Shown in pieces: positions 47,641 to 60,153 of a DNA stretch of 64,000 nucleotides. The stretch spans positions 4,960,001 through 5,024,000 of the forward strand of contig CATNEN010000002.1 in NCBI GenBank assembly GCA_950097015.1, written 5' to 3'. Origin of the DNA: Macrostomum hystrix. Lineage: Eukaryota; Animalia; Platyhelminthes. Position numbers and translations under genes: made by a program. The number at the start of each line of letters is the position of its first letter. Positions within the stretch are counted from its first letter, which is position 1. The notes below the pieces were generated by a model. The model was not told where the DNA came from. It saw nothing but the letters and a program-made list of their open reading frames with translations, and made no database searches.

Positions 47641-48159
47641 AGAGATGAAAGTGATGAGGGGAGTGAGAGAGGGGTTGAAAGTAAAGTCGATGGGATTCGC
47701 TGCACAGATTTCGGATAACTAATTCAGCTTCGGTATAGCCAGTAGCAGAAGATGTGCACTAAGGAAGGGCTTTCAGGAGGAGACGACATGACAGACAGTC
47801 GGTTCAATCGGCAGAATCTGGATCCTAGGCCAGACCGTCTGTCTGGGCAGGTGCGAGAGCAAATCCAATGGCCAATCACCTGTCAACAGGGGGATTTTCA
47901 GGCAGGCAGTTTTCAAACATTCGGGCCTTCAAAGATCATTAGAGTTTTTTCTTCAACAGAAGGCCATTGTGCAGCGGGGGATTTTTCTGATTGCCGGGCC
48001 GATGGGTTGGGATATGTTTCTGGGACATGTTTTTGACTTGCTTTAAAATCTGCTTTTTGGAATTTGTATCAAGGCTGGATAAATAGAAGAAGCTGATCAA
48101 ATGTATTGAATGAGAAATAGCTTCAGCGAGTAAGTCGGGGGTGAAGCAACACTTCATTC

Positions 48160-49470
48160 GGGTTTATGCACTTTCGGGTTTATGAAGTTTCGGGTTTATT
48201 GAGTTTCGGGTTTATTCAGTTTCGGGTTTATTGAGTTTCGGGTTTATTGAGTTTAGGGTTTATTGAGTTTCGGGTTTATTGAGTTTCGGGTTTATTGAGT
48301 TTCGGGTTTATTGAGTTTCGGGTTTATTGAGTTTCGGGTTTATTGAGTTTCGGGTTTATTGAGTTTCGGGTTTATTGAGTTTCGGGTTTTTGAGTTTCGG
48401 GTTTTTGAGTTTCGGGTTTATTGAGTTTCGGGTTTATGAAGTTTCGGGTTTATTGAGTTTCGGGTTTATTGAGTTTCGGGTTTATGAAGTTTCGGGTTTA
48501 TTGAGTTTCGGGTTTTTGAGTTTCGGGTTTATTGAGTTTCGGGTTTTTGAGTTTCGGGTTTTTGAGTTTCGGGTTTATTGAGTTTCGGGTTTTTGAGTTT
48601 CGGGTTTTTGAGTTTCGGGTTTATTGAGTTTCGGGTTTATGAAGTTTCGGGTTTATTGAGTTTCGGGTTTATTCAGTTTCGGGTTTATTGAGTTTCGGGT
48701 TTATTGAGTTTAGGGTTTATTGAGTTTCGGGTTTATTGAGTTTCGGGTTTATTGAGTTTCGGGTTTATTGAGTTTCGGGTTTATTGAGTTTCGGGTTTAT
48801 TGAGTTTCGGGTTTATTGAGTTTCGGGTTTATTGAGTTTCGGGTTTATTGAGTTTCGGGTTTATTGAGTTTCGGGTTTATTGAGTTTCGGGTTTCTTGAG
48901 TTTCGGGTTTATTGAGTTTCGGGTTTATGAAGTTTCGGGTTTATTGAGTTTCGGGTTTATTGAGTTTCGGGTTTATTGAGTTTCGGGTTTATTGAGTTTC
49001 GGGTTTATTGAGTTTCGGGTTTATGAAGTTTCGGGTTTATTGAGTTTCGGGTTTATTGAGTTTCGGGTTTATTGAGTTTCGGGTTTATTGAGTTTCGGGT
49101 TTATGAAGTTTCGGGTTTATTGAGTTTCGGGTTTATTGAGTTTCGGGTTTATTGAGTTTCGGGTTTATTGAGTTTCGGGTTTATTGAGTTTCGGGTTTAT
49201 TGAGTTTCGGGTTTATTGAGTTTCGGGTTTATTGAGTTTCGGGTTTATTGAGTTTCGGGTTTATTGAGTTTCGGGTTTATTGAGTTTCGGGTTTATTGAG
49301 TTTCGGGTTTATTGAGTTTCGGGTTTATGAAGTTTCGGGTTTATTGAGTTTCGGGTTTATTGAGTTTCGGGTTTATTGAGTTTCGGGTTTATTGAGTTTC
49401 GGGTTTATTGAGTTTCGGGTTTATTGAGTTTCGGGTTTATGAAGTTTCGGGTTTATGAAGTTTCGGGTTT
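48160..49470. repeat. 16-bp minisatellite (GAGTTTCGGGTTTATT) with 15-bp variants
   Basis: About 82 copies; the rare variants TTCAG and TTTAGGG recur 457 bp apart. Confidence 0.95.
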
Positions 49471-50524
49471 ATAATAAAACCAGTTTTTAAGCCTTGGTCT
49501 GAAAGACAAGTTTTCAGTTTTGTCCACCATGCAGCGGCCCCAAAATGCCAAGCTAAAAGATAATTTATTCTTCCAAACTAAATGGAACTGTTCGCGACCT
49601 GTCAATTTGTCAATCCAATTGACACATTATTGTTTGTTTTCAATTGATCAGAAAATGGTTCAGCGCAATAGGGATGAGAGATCCCTCACTGATACGGGAC
49701 AATGAGACGTCATACTTCACTTTGAGATCACCGAGTTTTTTTCTCCGTCGTGCATCCCAGCTCAGTCTGCGATGATTAAAGATTGGGATTAATAAAATCC
49801 TATTGGGAAAACACGACATGGAATGGCGAAATCCCATCAGAAATAGGATCCACTTAATCACAGAGGCCATTGCGTGCATGTGTGTGAGTGTTGCTGGTTG
49901 TCAAAGGATTCAGGACAAAGCATGGGTTTAGTCTAAGCTGCATTGTGGACTCCAGACTCATTCATTCATTCATTTCTTAGCTGGTAGAGCTGAGCCCTGA
50001 TGGCTATGCGGTAACCAGTTTCAATCCATTCCACTCGATGCCCTGGTCCCGTCAAACAGGACCAGCTAATGCCCTGGCCGGGTGGCTGTTGGTTACGTAA
50101 TGCGGAAATGTCGGCACACCCACCCCACCCCACACGGGGCCTGCCTTAGCTCGCATATAGATCATTCTGTAGTGCCCGCTTCCCCATGGAGTCGAGATCC
50201 TTTCACTTCCCAAAGCACGCGGCGCTTCCGTTATTGTCGGCCTTTTTAAAAACCTGTTCAATAGGCATGATCTTTCATTCTTTCGGCCTCCTTTTAAAAG
50301 GCTTCCAATTTTCCTCTGCGTCTGGATGGTCTGACTCAACACTGATGCATCTTGAATTGGGCTTGCATTCGAAACCCACATGTGCGCATTTAAACGAATA
50401 CAATGTTAATATAAGCATTTTCGTTTATCAACGTTGAACATCAACTGGTGTTAAATAATTTTAATTTTACTTTTTTGTAGGATAGGACGGTAATTTAAAA
50501 TTTGTCATCTTAAATAATATTAGT

Positions 50525-51070
50525 TTAAAGTTGGGATCTATAGGTGTGAAGTTGGGATTCATGGGTGTGAAGTTGGGATCTATGGATGTGAAGTTGGGAT
50601 CTATGGCTGTGAAGTTGGGATCTATGGCTGTGAAGTTGGGATCTATGAATTTGAAGTTGGGATCTATGGCTGTGAAGTTGGGATCTATGGCTGGAAAGTT
50701 GGGATCTATCGGTGTGAAGTCGGGATCTATGGCTGTGAAGTTGGGATCTATGGCTGTGAAGTTGGGATCTATGGCTGTGATGTTGGGATCTATGAATTTG
50801 AAGTTGGGATCTATGGCTGTGAAGTTGGGATCTATGAATTTGAAGTCGGGATCTATGGCTGTGAAGTTTGGATCTATCGGTGTGAAGTCGGGATCTATGG
50901 CTGTGAAGTTGGGATCTATGGCTGTGAAGTTGGAATTTTATTGATGTAAAGTTGGGATCTTGGTGGTGTAAAGTTGGGATCTTGGTGATGTAAAGTTGGG
51001 ATCTTGGTGATGTAAAGTTGGGATCTTGGTGATGTGAAGTTGGGATCCATAAATTTGAAGCTGGGATCCG
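50525..51070. repeat. 21-bp minisatellite (GAAGTTGGGATCTATGGCTGT)
   Basis: Read directly. Confidence 0.9.
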
Positions 51071-51516
51071 ACTGTTGAAGAAATACTTTTTTCTATTTTT
51101 ACACTTGAAATCCTAGTTCAAGTTCGACACTGAATACATGAGACTGAGATGGGGAATTCCTCATTTCTAATCCTTGGATTTCTTGTTCTTTCGATTTCAA
51201 CTTGAGAGTGAAGAGATTGGGGAACTGAATAATTGGATGGTCTGTGATGCAATCGTGGAGCCGCGAAACGGAAGACTAGATTTCAAACAGGACCGCCACT
51301 TTCAATTGATCTTCAAAGGGCAAAGAAGGGGAACAACAATAGGGGATAAATTGGGGACATTGCAAGTGGCTGGTGACATCTCAGCCACAATGACAGCTGC
51401 TCCTCCACGGTTGGGTCAGAGGTCACGGAGGCATGTCAAACTGTTTTCTCGCTTTGATTTAAAAAAACGCAACTTTACGCTCATGCATCGCAATTGTTAT
51501 CGCAACAAGACTGAAT

Positions 51517-51555
<39 letters not shown>

Positions 51556-52034
51556 TTCTGATGATAACAGAAGCGGCATGCATGCTGCCATGCTAACCCT
51601 ATACAGGCGTGTTCAAACTTCGGAACTGTTCTCTCGATACTCCGTCAGAACTGAATGTAAATCTGCAGCGGAAACATTGTTCGGAATAAGAATTCCCGCT
51701 TGTCTGTCTTCAGAAAAGGTCAAGCTGGGATTAGGATCTTGTCCGGCTTAATCTAGCCAATTCCCTTCACATCTGGGCACTGGCCCTCATCAGAAGTGAA
51801 AGTCAAAACTTCACACTTCACATGGGGTGCGGATAGCACAGTATGGCGACATGGCAAGTTGTTTTAAGAACTTCAGGAATTTAGGGGTCGAGAAACAAGG
51901 AGATCAGCCTCGGCTGAGGGTCAGCGGGAGATTTCAGGTGAAAATCTTGACCTGGGTTTATCTCCCAGTTTAGTTTGCTGCAGTAGCATTGATAGCCAAT
52001 GATAGATTGCGACTCGGGAGAACGGCTGCCTAGA

Positions 52035-54830
52035 CTGGGGATCTGGGAGACTAAACTGAGGATCTGGGAGACTAAACTGAGGATCTGGGAGATTAAACTG
52101 AGGATTTGGGAGACTAAACTGAGGATCTGGGAGACTAAACTGAGGATCTGGGAGACTAAACTGAGGATCCGCAGAAACTAAACTGAGTATCTGGGAGACT
52201 AAACTGAGTATCTGGGAGACTAAACTGAGGATCTGGGAGACTAAACTGAGGATCTGGGAGACTAAACTGATGATCTGGGAGACTAAACTAGACTAAACTA
52301 GCAGTTCTATTTAGGGATCTGGAATATGGAATACAGAGGTTTAATAGACAAATATAATTCTGCAAGCTATTTAAAGTATACGGAAATTCAGCAGGGAGAG
52401 TGCCTGATATTAAGACGAGAGCGACGATAACAGGTAGGTGTGACATAGACATGCAAATAAAGTTGTTTTTATTGAATCGAATTAAAATATTCAGTTTTAT
52501 AGCAATTTTATGAAGCCTATATCAAAAACATAAAACACCATGCAGACAAACAGCTTTAGATAGCAGTGTAGAAGGCATTCTAAACCAGCCCCATTGTGAC
52601 CATTCAGTTTTGTCGGCATTCTTCATCGTGAGAAAATTTTATGACCCTAAAGAGACCAAGGAATATTCGAGTACTATGGCTCGCCCTAAGGACTAAGAGT
52701 ATGATATTAACAGCAAGAAATATCTGCGTTACACAAACTCATTTATGCACAGGGTACAATTGGACTACGCAACATCTTAGAGTATCACTGCCTATAATTT
52801 CAAGACATTACATTTTTAACTGCTTCACCCTCAGCTATAGGCATATCTTTGGCCTCAGAGCGTGTAAAACTAGCAGAAAAACAATTGAGTCTATTCTCAA
52901 TATATGCCACACAGGCTGTGGTTTCTAGTACAGACTCATCTTTCTAGGAGTCTCATTAGGGCGATAAGTTGTCAATTGCCAAACTTTAATAATAATTCAT
53001 GCGCTTAACGACCAGGCAGGGCTTGCATGGCTAATGCCCCACTGAGGGGCGCGCAGTGGGTGGGAACTGTACACCCTCACGGTACTCCGGTGCAAGTGTG
53101 TACCGAAGCACTTGAAGCATTGCAGACAGATATCGAAATAAGCGAGCCTACACTCGGGTCCTTAAATACACGCAACACCTAATGCTCGTGGACCCCTGGT
53201 AACCTACTGCGAGAACAATTTTCTCTCCGCTGGAACCAAAGCTTCCTAAGTGCTGAACAGAAGCAGATAGAAATGCAAACACATGCGGCGGGCTGCAAGA
53301 AAATGATGGTGTTCGTGAGCTGGGCTCCAGAGCAATGAGTGGAAGAGTGACAAATGCCCACTTGAGTAGGTCTGGCCTCTTCAGTACGGGTTTGGGTTGG
53401 ACAGCAAATAAAAAACATTGTTAACGTGTGAATTTTTAAAATTATATTCCACAGCCAATTTGGAATTAAAACTTTTTGACAGCTACCGATGACATGTCTG
53501 TTTTGGGGTTTATTGTTGTCACGCTCGAGCAGTGCTCAGGGAGAGCATATGCTTGATTTCCTACTGAAAACTTTAGTCCAAACATTGCTGCAGACCTGTG
53601 TTTTAACTAGCTGAATAATAAGCTAACCCAGTGGCTGTGTCTTACCTGATGATCTGGGAGACTAAACTGAGGATCTGGGAGACTAAACTGAGGATCTGGG
53701 AAACTAAACTGAGGATCTGGGAAACTAAACTGAGGATCTGGGAAACTAAACTGAGGATCTGGGAAACTAAACTGAGGATCTGGGAAACTAAACTGAGGAT
53801 CTGGGAAACTAAACTGAGGATCTGGGAAACTAAACTGAGGATCTGGGAAACTAAACTGAGGATCTGGGAAACTAAACTGAGGATCTGGGAGACTAAACTG
53901 AGGATCTGGGAAACTAAACTGAGGATCTGGGAAACTAAACTGAGGATCTGGGAAACTAAACTGAGGATCTGGGAAACTAAACTGAGGATCTGGGAAACTA
54001 AACTGAGGATCTGGGAGACTAAACTGAGGATCTGGGAGACTAAACTGAGGATCTGGGAGACTAAACTGAGGATCTGGGAGACTAAACTGAGGATCTGGGA
54101 GACTAAACTGAGTATCTGGGAAACTAAACTGAGGATCTGGGAGACTAAACTGAGGATCTGGGAAACTAAACTGAGGATCTGGGAGACTAAACTGAGGATC
54201 TGGGAAACTAAACTGAGGATCTGGGAAACTAAACTGAGGATCTGGGAGACTAAACTGAGGATCTGGGAAACTAAACTGAGGATCTGGGAAACTAAACTGA
54301 GGATCTGGGAAACTAAACTGAGGATCTGGGAGACTAAACTGAGGATCTGGGAGACTAAACTGAGGATCTGGGAAACTAAACTGAGGATCTGGGAGACTAA
54401 ACTGAGGATCTGGGAGACTAAACTGAGGATCTGGGAAACTAAACTGAGGATCTGGGAGACTAAACTGAGGATCTGGGAGACTAAACTGAGGATCTGGGAA
54501 ACTAAACTGAGGATCTGGGAAACTAAACTGAGGATCTGGGAAACTAAACTGAGGATCTGGGAGACTAAACTGAGGATCTGGGAGACTAAACTGAGGATCT
54601 GGGAAACTAAACTGAGGATCTGGGAGACTAAACTGAGGATCTGGAAGACTAAACTGAGGATCTGGAAGACTAAACTGAGGATCTGGAAGACTAAACTGAG
54701 GATCTGGGAGACTAAACTGAGGATCTGGAAGACTAAACTGAGGATCTGGAAGACTAAACTGAGGATCTGGGAAACTAAACTGAGGATCTGGGAAACTAAA
54801 CTGAGGATCTGGGAAAATAAACTGAGGATC
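52035..54830. repeat. 21-bp minisatellite (GATCTGGGA[AG]ACTAAACTGAG) in two blocks, 52035-52289 and 53646-54830, split by 1356 bp of unique DNA
   Basis: Same unit in both blocks; source of the (RIWETKL)n ORFs. Confidence 0.92.
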
Positions 54831-54865
54831 TCAAGTGTGCAGGTGTGCACATGTGCTCTGATTTT

Positions 54866-55030
54866 CTCATCGACTTTGAGGTTGGCCCGCAATAGCGTAA
54901 ATTGCACGACAAGCCCCCAAAGCCTTCTCTCTGCGGCTGCGCCTAAAATAAATGTGGCCTCGCCGCGGAATCGAGCCCAGGGACCTTGGTGCGAGAGGCA
55001 AACGCGTTATCCGCTTTGCCAAGCCCCATC
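54866..55030 (-). mobile_element. SINE family A, reverse copy
   Basis: Reverse complement GGGGCTTGGCAAAGCGGATAACGCGTTTGCCTCTCGCACCAAGGTCCCTGGGCTCGATTCCGCGGCGAGGCCACATTTATTTTAGGCGCAGCCGCAGAGAGAAGGCTT matches 11838-11945. Confidence 0.8.
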
Positions 55031-55839
55031 TCAGTCCCTCGGTGAGTTGTTAGGCAAATCTATACAGACAAGCAGTGAATTCGGAAACCATAAAGCATAG
55101 AAGTTCATGATGCGTAACAATTTAGCATTGTTGAGACCAAAACAAGCGCAAAGCCTGCAGTACCAAGACAGGATCCAGCGAGTTGTGAGTTTTTAACTAC
55201 AGCTGTATGCGAAACAGGAATTTTTTTTCAAAACTTGAACCCTCTTTAGACAGAAACAGGAGACATGAATGCGCATGTAGGCCCGAATTTCCGCTTGAGC
55301 AAAGCTTTGAGAATACCGAGCTGTTCCACAGAGCATACTAAAGATAAAAAAGCAGAAAGCAGACACTTGGAGAACTAATTACTGGTCCTAGCAGTCGCTC
55401 TGCAACGGTTTCCACAACTAATTGCACGCTACTTTTCTAGTTGCCTACTGGGGCCAAAGCCCTGGCCGGGGCATTGTTCTGAGTTGGTTACGTAACCAGG
55501 CTATAACACTGGGCTAGGGCGCATTGTTGGCACGGTTTGACAGGTCAAAACCGCTACACGGTATGGGATCTTTGCTACCAGCCTTGCCAATAAGCAGCTG
55601 CTGTTTCGTTGGTTCGCCTGATTCGGGATCATGATTTAGGATTAACTAGGCACGGGGACACGGGGAATTAAGACCAAATCGATTATTGCATTGCCTGTTT
55701 AGCGATGGCATTAATTAACATATGAGATCGAAGTGGGATGGGTGGCAGAAGGTGAGTATGGGAAGTCAAGTTTGAGTGACTAGAAAGAAAATGGCGAAGA
55801 AAGGCAATACACATGCTTGGGGGAACAGAAGGAACAAGA

Positions 55840-57050
55840 CAAGGCAGAGGAAGGGAGGAGAGGAGGCAGAGGGAGGGAGGAGAGGAGGCAGAGGAAGGGA
55901 GGAGAGGAGACAGAGGAAGGAGAGGAGAGGAGGCAGAGGAAGGAGAGGAGAGGAGGCAGAGGAAGGGAGGAGAGGAGACAGAGGAAGGAGAGGAGAGGAG
56001 GCAAAGGAAGGAGAGGAGAGGAGACAGAGGAAGGAGAGGAGAGGAGGTAGAGGGAGGGAGGAGAGGAGGCAGAGGAAGGGAGGAGAGGAGGCAGAGGAAG
56101 GAGAGGAGAGGAGGCAGAGGGAGGGAGGAGAGGAGGCAGAGGAAGGAGAGGAGAGGAGGCAGAGGAAGGAGAGGAGAGGAGACAGAGGAAGGAGAGGAGA
56201 GGAGGCAGAGGAAGGAGAGGAGAGGAGGCAGAGGAAGGAGAGGAGAGGAGACAGAGGAAGGAGAGGAGAGGAGGCAGAGGAAGGAGAGGAGAGGAGGCAG
56301 AGGAAGGAGAGGAGAGGAGGCAGAGGAAGGGAGGAGAGGAGGCAGAGGAAGGAGAGGAGAGGAGGCAGAGGAAGGAGAGGAGGCAAAGGAAGGAGAGGAG
56401 AGGAGGCAGAGGGAGGGAGGAGAGGAGGCAGAGGAAGGAGAGGAGGCAAAGGAAGGAGAGGAGAGGAGACAGAGGAAGGAGAGGAGAGGAGGCAGAGGGA
56501 GGGAGGAGAGGAGGCAGAGGAAGGGAGGAGAGGAGGCAGAGGAAGGAGAGGAGAGGAGGCAGAGGGAGGGAGGAGAGGAGGCAGAGGAAGGGAGGAGAGG
56601 AGGCAGAGGAAGGAGAGGAGAGGAGGCAGAGGAAGGAGAGGAGGCAAAGGAAGGAGAGGAGAGGAGACAGAGGAAGGAGAGGAGAGGAGGCAGAGGAAGG
56701 AGAGGAGAGGAGGCAGAGGAAGGAGAGGAGAGGAGACAGAGGAAGGAGAGGAGAGGAGGCAGAGGGAGGGAGGAGAGGAGGCAGAGGAAGGGAGGAGAGG
56801 AGGCAGAGGGAGGGAGGAGAGGAGGCAGAGGAAGGAGAGGAGGCAAAGGAAGGAGAGGAGAGGAGACAGAGGAAGGAGAGGAGGCAAAGGAAGGAGAGGA
56901 GAGGAGACAGAGGAAGGAGAGGAGAGGAGGCAGAGGAAGGAGAGGAGAGGAGGCAGAGGAAGGAGAGGAGAGGAGGCAGAGGAAGGAGAGGAGGCAGAGG
57001 AAGGAGAGGAGAGGAGACAGAGGAAGGAGATTAGGCAGAGGAAGGGGGAG
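55840..57050. repeat. Polypurine minisatellite, ~18-23-bp units (GGAGAGGAGAGGAGGCAGAGGAA)
   Basis: Read directly; source of the E/R/G-rich ORFs. Confidence 0.92.
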
Positions 57051-58334
57051 TTGAAGGGACAGAGGAGAGGTGTAGCGGAGCCATAAGAACCTGCATCAAA
57101 GGAATCCAGCTTGCAAAAAGTATTCTATAAAAATGATAATGTCCTGTCAGATATTTAGTTAAAGCTTGTCAGACAGAAGTGCGCAAAAGTTTTCCGAGAA
57201 ACAGTAATCGCTGCTGCTGCTGTTGCTTCTGCTTACAAATAGGCAGTGTATTATGTAAGCAAATAAAATCATATTAATTGAACAATGATTATCAGCATAG
57301 TCGGACATGCAGGAGTTGGTTATGATGTAGGCTGATGGTTAAATGATAATCATACTCGCGGAAATAAGGTGCGAAAGATAAGCCAATAATTGCATTAGTA
57401 ATTATATTATTAACACTAGCTCTGTAATAACAATGTATCGAATTAGAATTGTGCAACAGAAACTAACTTTTCGATTAGGAATCGACTAGTGCTAGTTGAG
57501 TCAAAAATGACACAAAAACTCAGTTTTTCATATTCATGTCAGAAGAACAATGGTCCGCAGGGGGAATAGATTACAAGAAGGACAGACTGACTCAAGCGTA
57601 CTTAGCTGCCATCGACATTCTCAAACTGACTGACTAATTAAAAAGACTTGAAAAATAAAAAACAGAATGCGCAAATACTTTCTACTTTAAGTAGCTTAAG
57701 CAGGGCATGCCAAGCAAGCGAAATCCGACCGCACAGGGACTGGCTGTTAAACAGTAAAAGCAGTGAGTTTTTGTTCCGAAATGATAAAAAAGATTGATAA
57801 AAAAGAAACAAATTCGCAACTGGCTACTGGCCAACTAGGCTAATACACTAGTAGTAGTAGCTAGCGAGCATAGCAACAACAAATAGAAGAAAAAATGTAT
57901 AAACAAAGACAGAAAGGGGAGAAGACAAACAGAAGACCAGATTTTGGAATAGAAGGCCTGTGGTACAGAAGCATTCTTTGTTATTCAATTGTCATACATA
58001 ATTAACTTTAAATAGAATAGGCTAGACCAGAGAAACAAAGCATTTGTTTAAAACAAATTCATTGGAAGCAAATTGTTGCGAAAATGTCAATTTTCAATAG
58101 GCTTAAATAAAAGGCAAATAACTGAAGTTCTCTTTAATTTAAATAATAAAAATGTCAATATCGACATTGTCAACAAAGAGATATAAGTCCGTTTCAAAAT
58201 AAGGTATGTATTGCCATGGAGAATGTAAAAAAATTGATGGCTTCAATACAGCTTTTGCTTTGTGCGTCAGCCGCTAACATCAAGGACTACGCCATGTCAC
58301 TGAAGGATTAGAAGATTTAATTTTATGATCGTTT

Positions 58335-59402
58335 AGAGGACAGGATACTGAAGGATTAGAGGACAGGATACTGAAGGATCAGAGGACAGGCTACTGAAGG
58401 ATTAGAGGACAGGCTACTGAAAGATCAGAGGACAGGCTACTGAAGGATTAGAGGACAGGATACTGAAGGATCAGAGGACAGGCTACTAAAGGATCAGAGG
58501 ACAGGCTACTGAAGGATTAGAGGACAGGCTACTGAAGGATTAGAGGACAGGCTACTGAAGGATCAGAGGACAGGCTACTGAAGGATTAGAGGACAGGCTA
58601 CTGAAGGATTAGAGGACAGGATACTGAAGGATCAGAAGACAGGTTACTGAAGGATTAGAGGACAGGATACTGAAGGATCAGAAGACAGGATACTGAAGGA
58701 TTAGAGGACAGGCTACTAAAGGATCAGAGGACAGGATACTGAAGGATCAGAGGACAGGCTACTGAAGGATTAGAGGACAGGCTACTGAAAGATCAGAGGA
58801 CAGGCTACTGAAGGATTAGAGGACAGGATACTGAAGGATCAGAGGACAGGATACTGAAGGATTAGAGGACAGGCTACTGAAGGATTAGAAGATTTAATTT
58901 TATGATCGTTTAGAGGACAGGATACTGAAGGATATGAGGACAGGCTACTAAAGGATCAGAGGACAGGATACTGAAGGATCAGAGGACAGGCTACTGAAGG
59001 ATTAGAGGACAGGCTACTGAAGGATCAGAGGACAGGCTACTGAAGGATCAGAGGACAGGCTACTGAAGGATTAGAGGACAGGCTACTGAAGGATTAGAGG
59101 ACAGGCTACTGAAGGATCAGAGGACAGGATACTGAAGGATCAGAGGACAGGATACTGAAGGATCAGAGGACAGGCTACTGAAGGATCAGAGGACAGGATA
59201 CTGAAGGATCAGAGGACAGGCTACTGAAGGATCAGAGGACAGGCTACTGAAGGATCAGAGGACAGGATACTGAAGGATCAGAGGACAGGCTACTGAAGGA
59301 TCAGAGGACAGGATACTGAAGGATCAGAGGACAGGCTACTGAAGGATCAGAGGACAGGCTACTGAAGGATCAGAGGACAGGCTACTGAAGGATCAGAGGA
59401 CA
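58335..59402. repeat. 23-bp minisatellite (GAGGACAGG[AC]TACTGAAGGAT[CT]A)
   Basis: The non-array lead-in GAAGATTTAATTTTATGATCGTTT occurs twice (~58310 and ~58888), showing a block duplication. Confidence 0.92.
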
Positions 59403-59912
59403 AACTGAAGGCAGTTTTTAAAACGGATAGCAATGGACACAGGAGCAAACTGAGATGCAAAAGCAATAGAAGCAATAAAGATAGATGCAGCATTCTGTGC
59501 ATAGTCATAGATTGACTGAGAACTCAATAGCAGATTTATGCATTGTTAAATTATATTCCGTACGTATTAAGCTGCGGAAAAGTGATTGCAATTAGTCGAT
59601 GATTACAGTACAGTAAAGCTGCAATAGAAAGTGAATTTTTTTAAAGTTAATAGCGATAAAGACAGCTTTAATAAGTAAGTCAGACACTAGGCAAAGCAAA
59701 CTAACTGATCGTTGAGAACATAGACAAATAATTAATTAGATTAAATAAGTGTAAAACAGAAGAGGTAAACAAAATACAACTTGCTTAAGTTAAAAATACT
59801 AGACAGACATGCGGGTTTTAAGTTGATCCGCGTGTCCTTAAAAGTACACGCAAAATGTACATGCCAAATGTACATGCCAAATGTACATGCCACAATTGAT
59901 TATGCTTTGCAT

Positions 59913-60153
59913 AGGTCAGCAAGTCACGCTTTCAAATGACTAGAAAAAACAACTGGTTGAGTTTAGGTCACGTGACCTGAGTAGAAGATAATTAAAAAAA
60001 CCGCGTGTTGACCTTAAATGTTCCGACAATAATGTAAACAAAACTTTGCTGCGTGACCTTAAAATGACCTCAGAAAATAAAAATTAGCAAAACAAAATTG
60101 CCTTCCGACATTTGGTCAGACATCACGTGACTGCTAGTTGACCTGCGTGACCT
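59913..60153. promoter_or_regulatory. Cluster of eight perfect nuclear-receptor half-sites (AGGTCA/TGACCT), including IR2, DR5 and DR3 pairs and two GTCACGTGA E-boxes
   Basis: Half-sites at 59913, 59965, 59973, 60009, 60054, 60065, 60139 and 60148. Function is inferred only. Confidence 0.45.

Noticed and set aside
51174-51596. 140-aa ORF ending in poly-Ala from a (CAG)n tract
   Set aside because: Non-ATG start, no recognisable homology and no convincing splice partners.
51765-51800. Minus-strand CTGATGA-GGGC-CAGT-GCCC as a hammerhead core
   Set aside because: Followed by AGAT rather than the required GAAA, with no stem III. At best a dead remnant.
53631-57086. (RIWETKL)n, (SQILSLV)n and E/R/G-rich ORFs
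   Set aside because: Satellite read-throughs on both strands.
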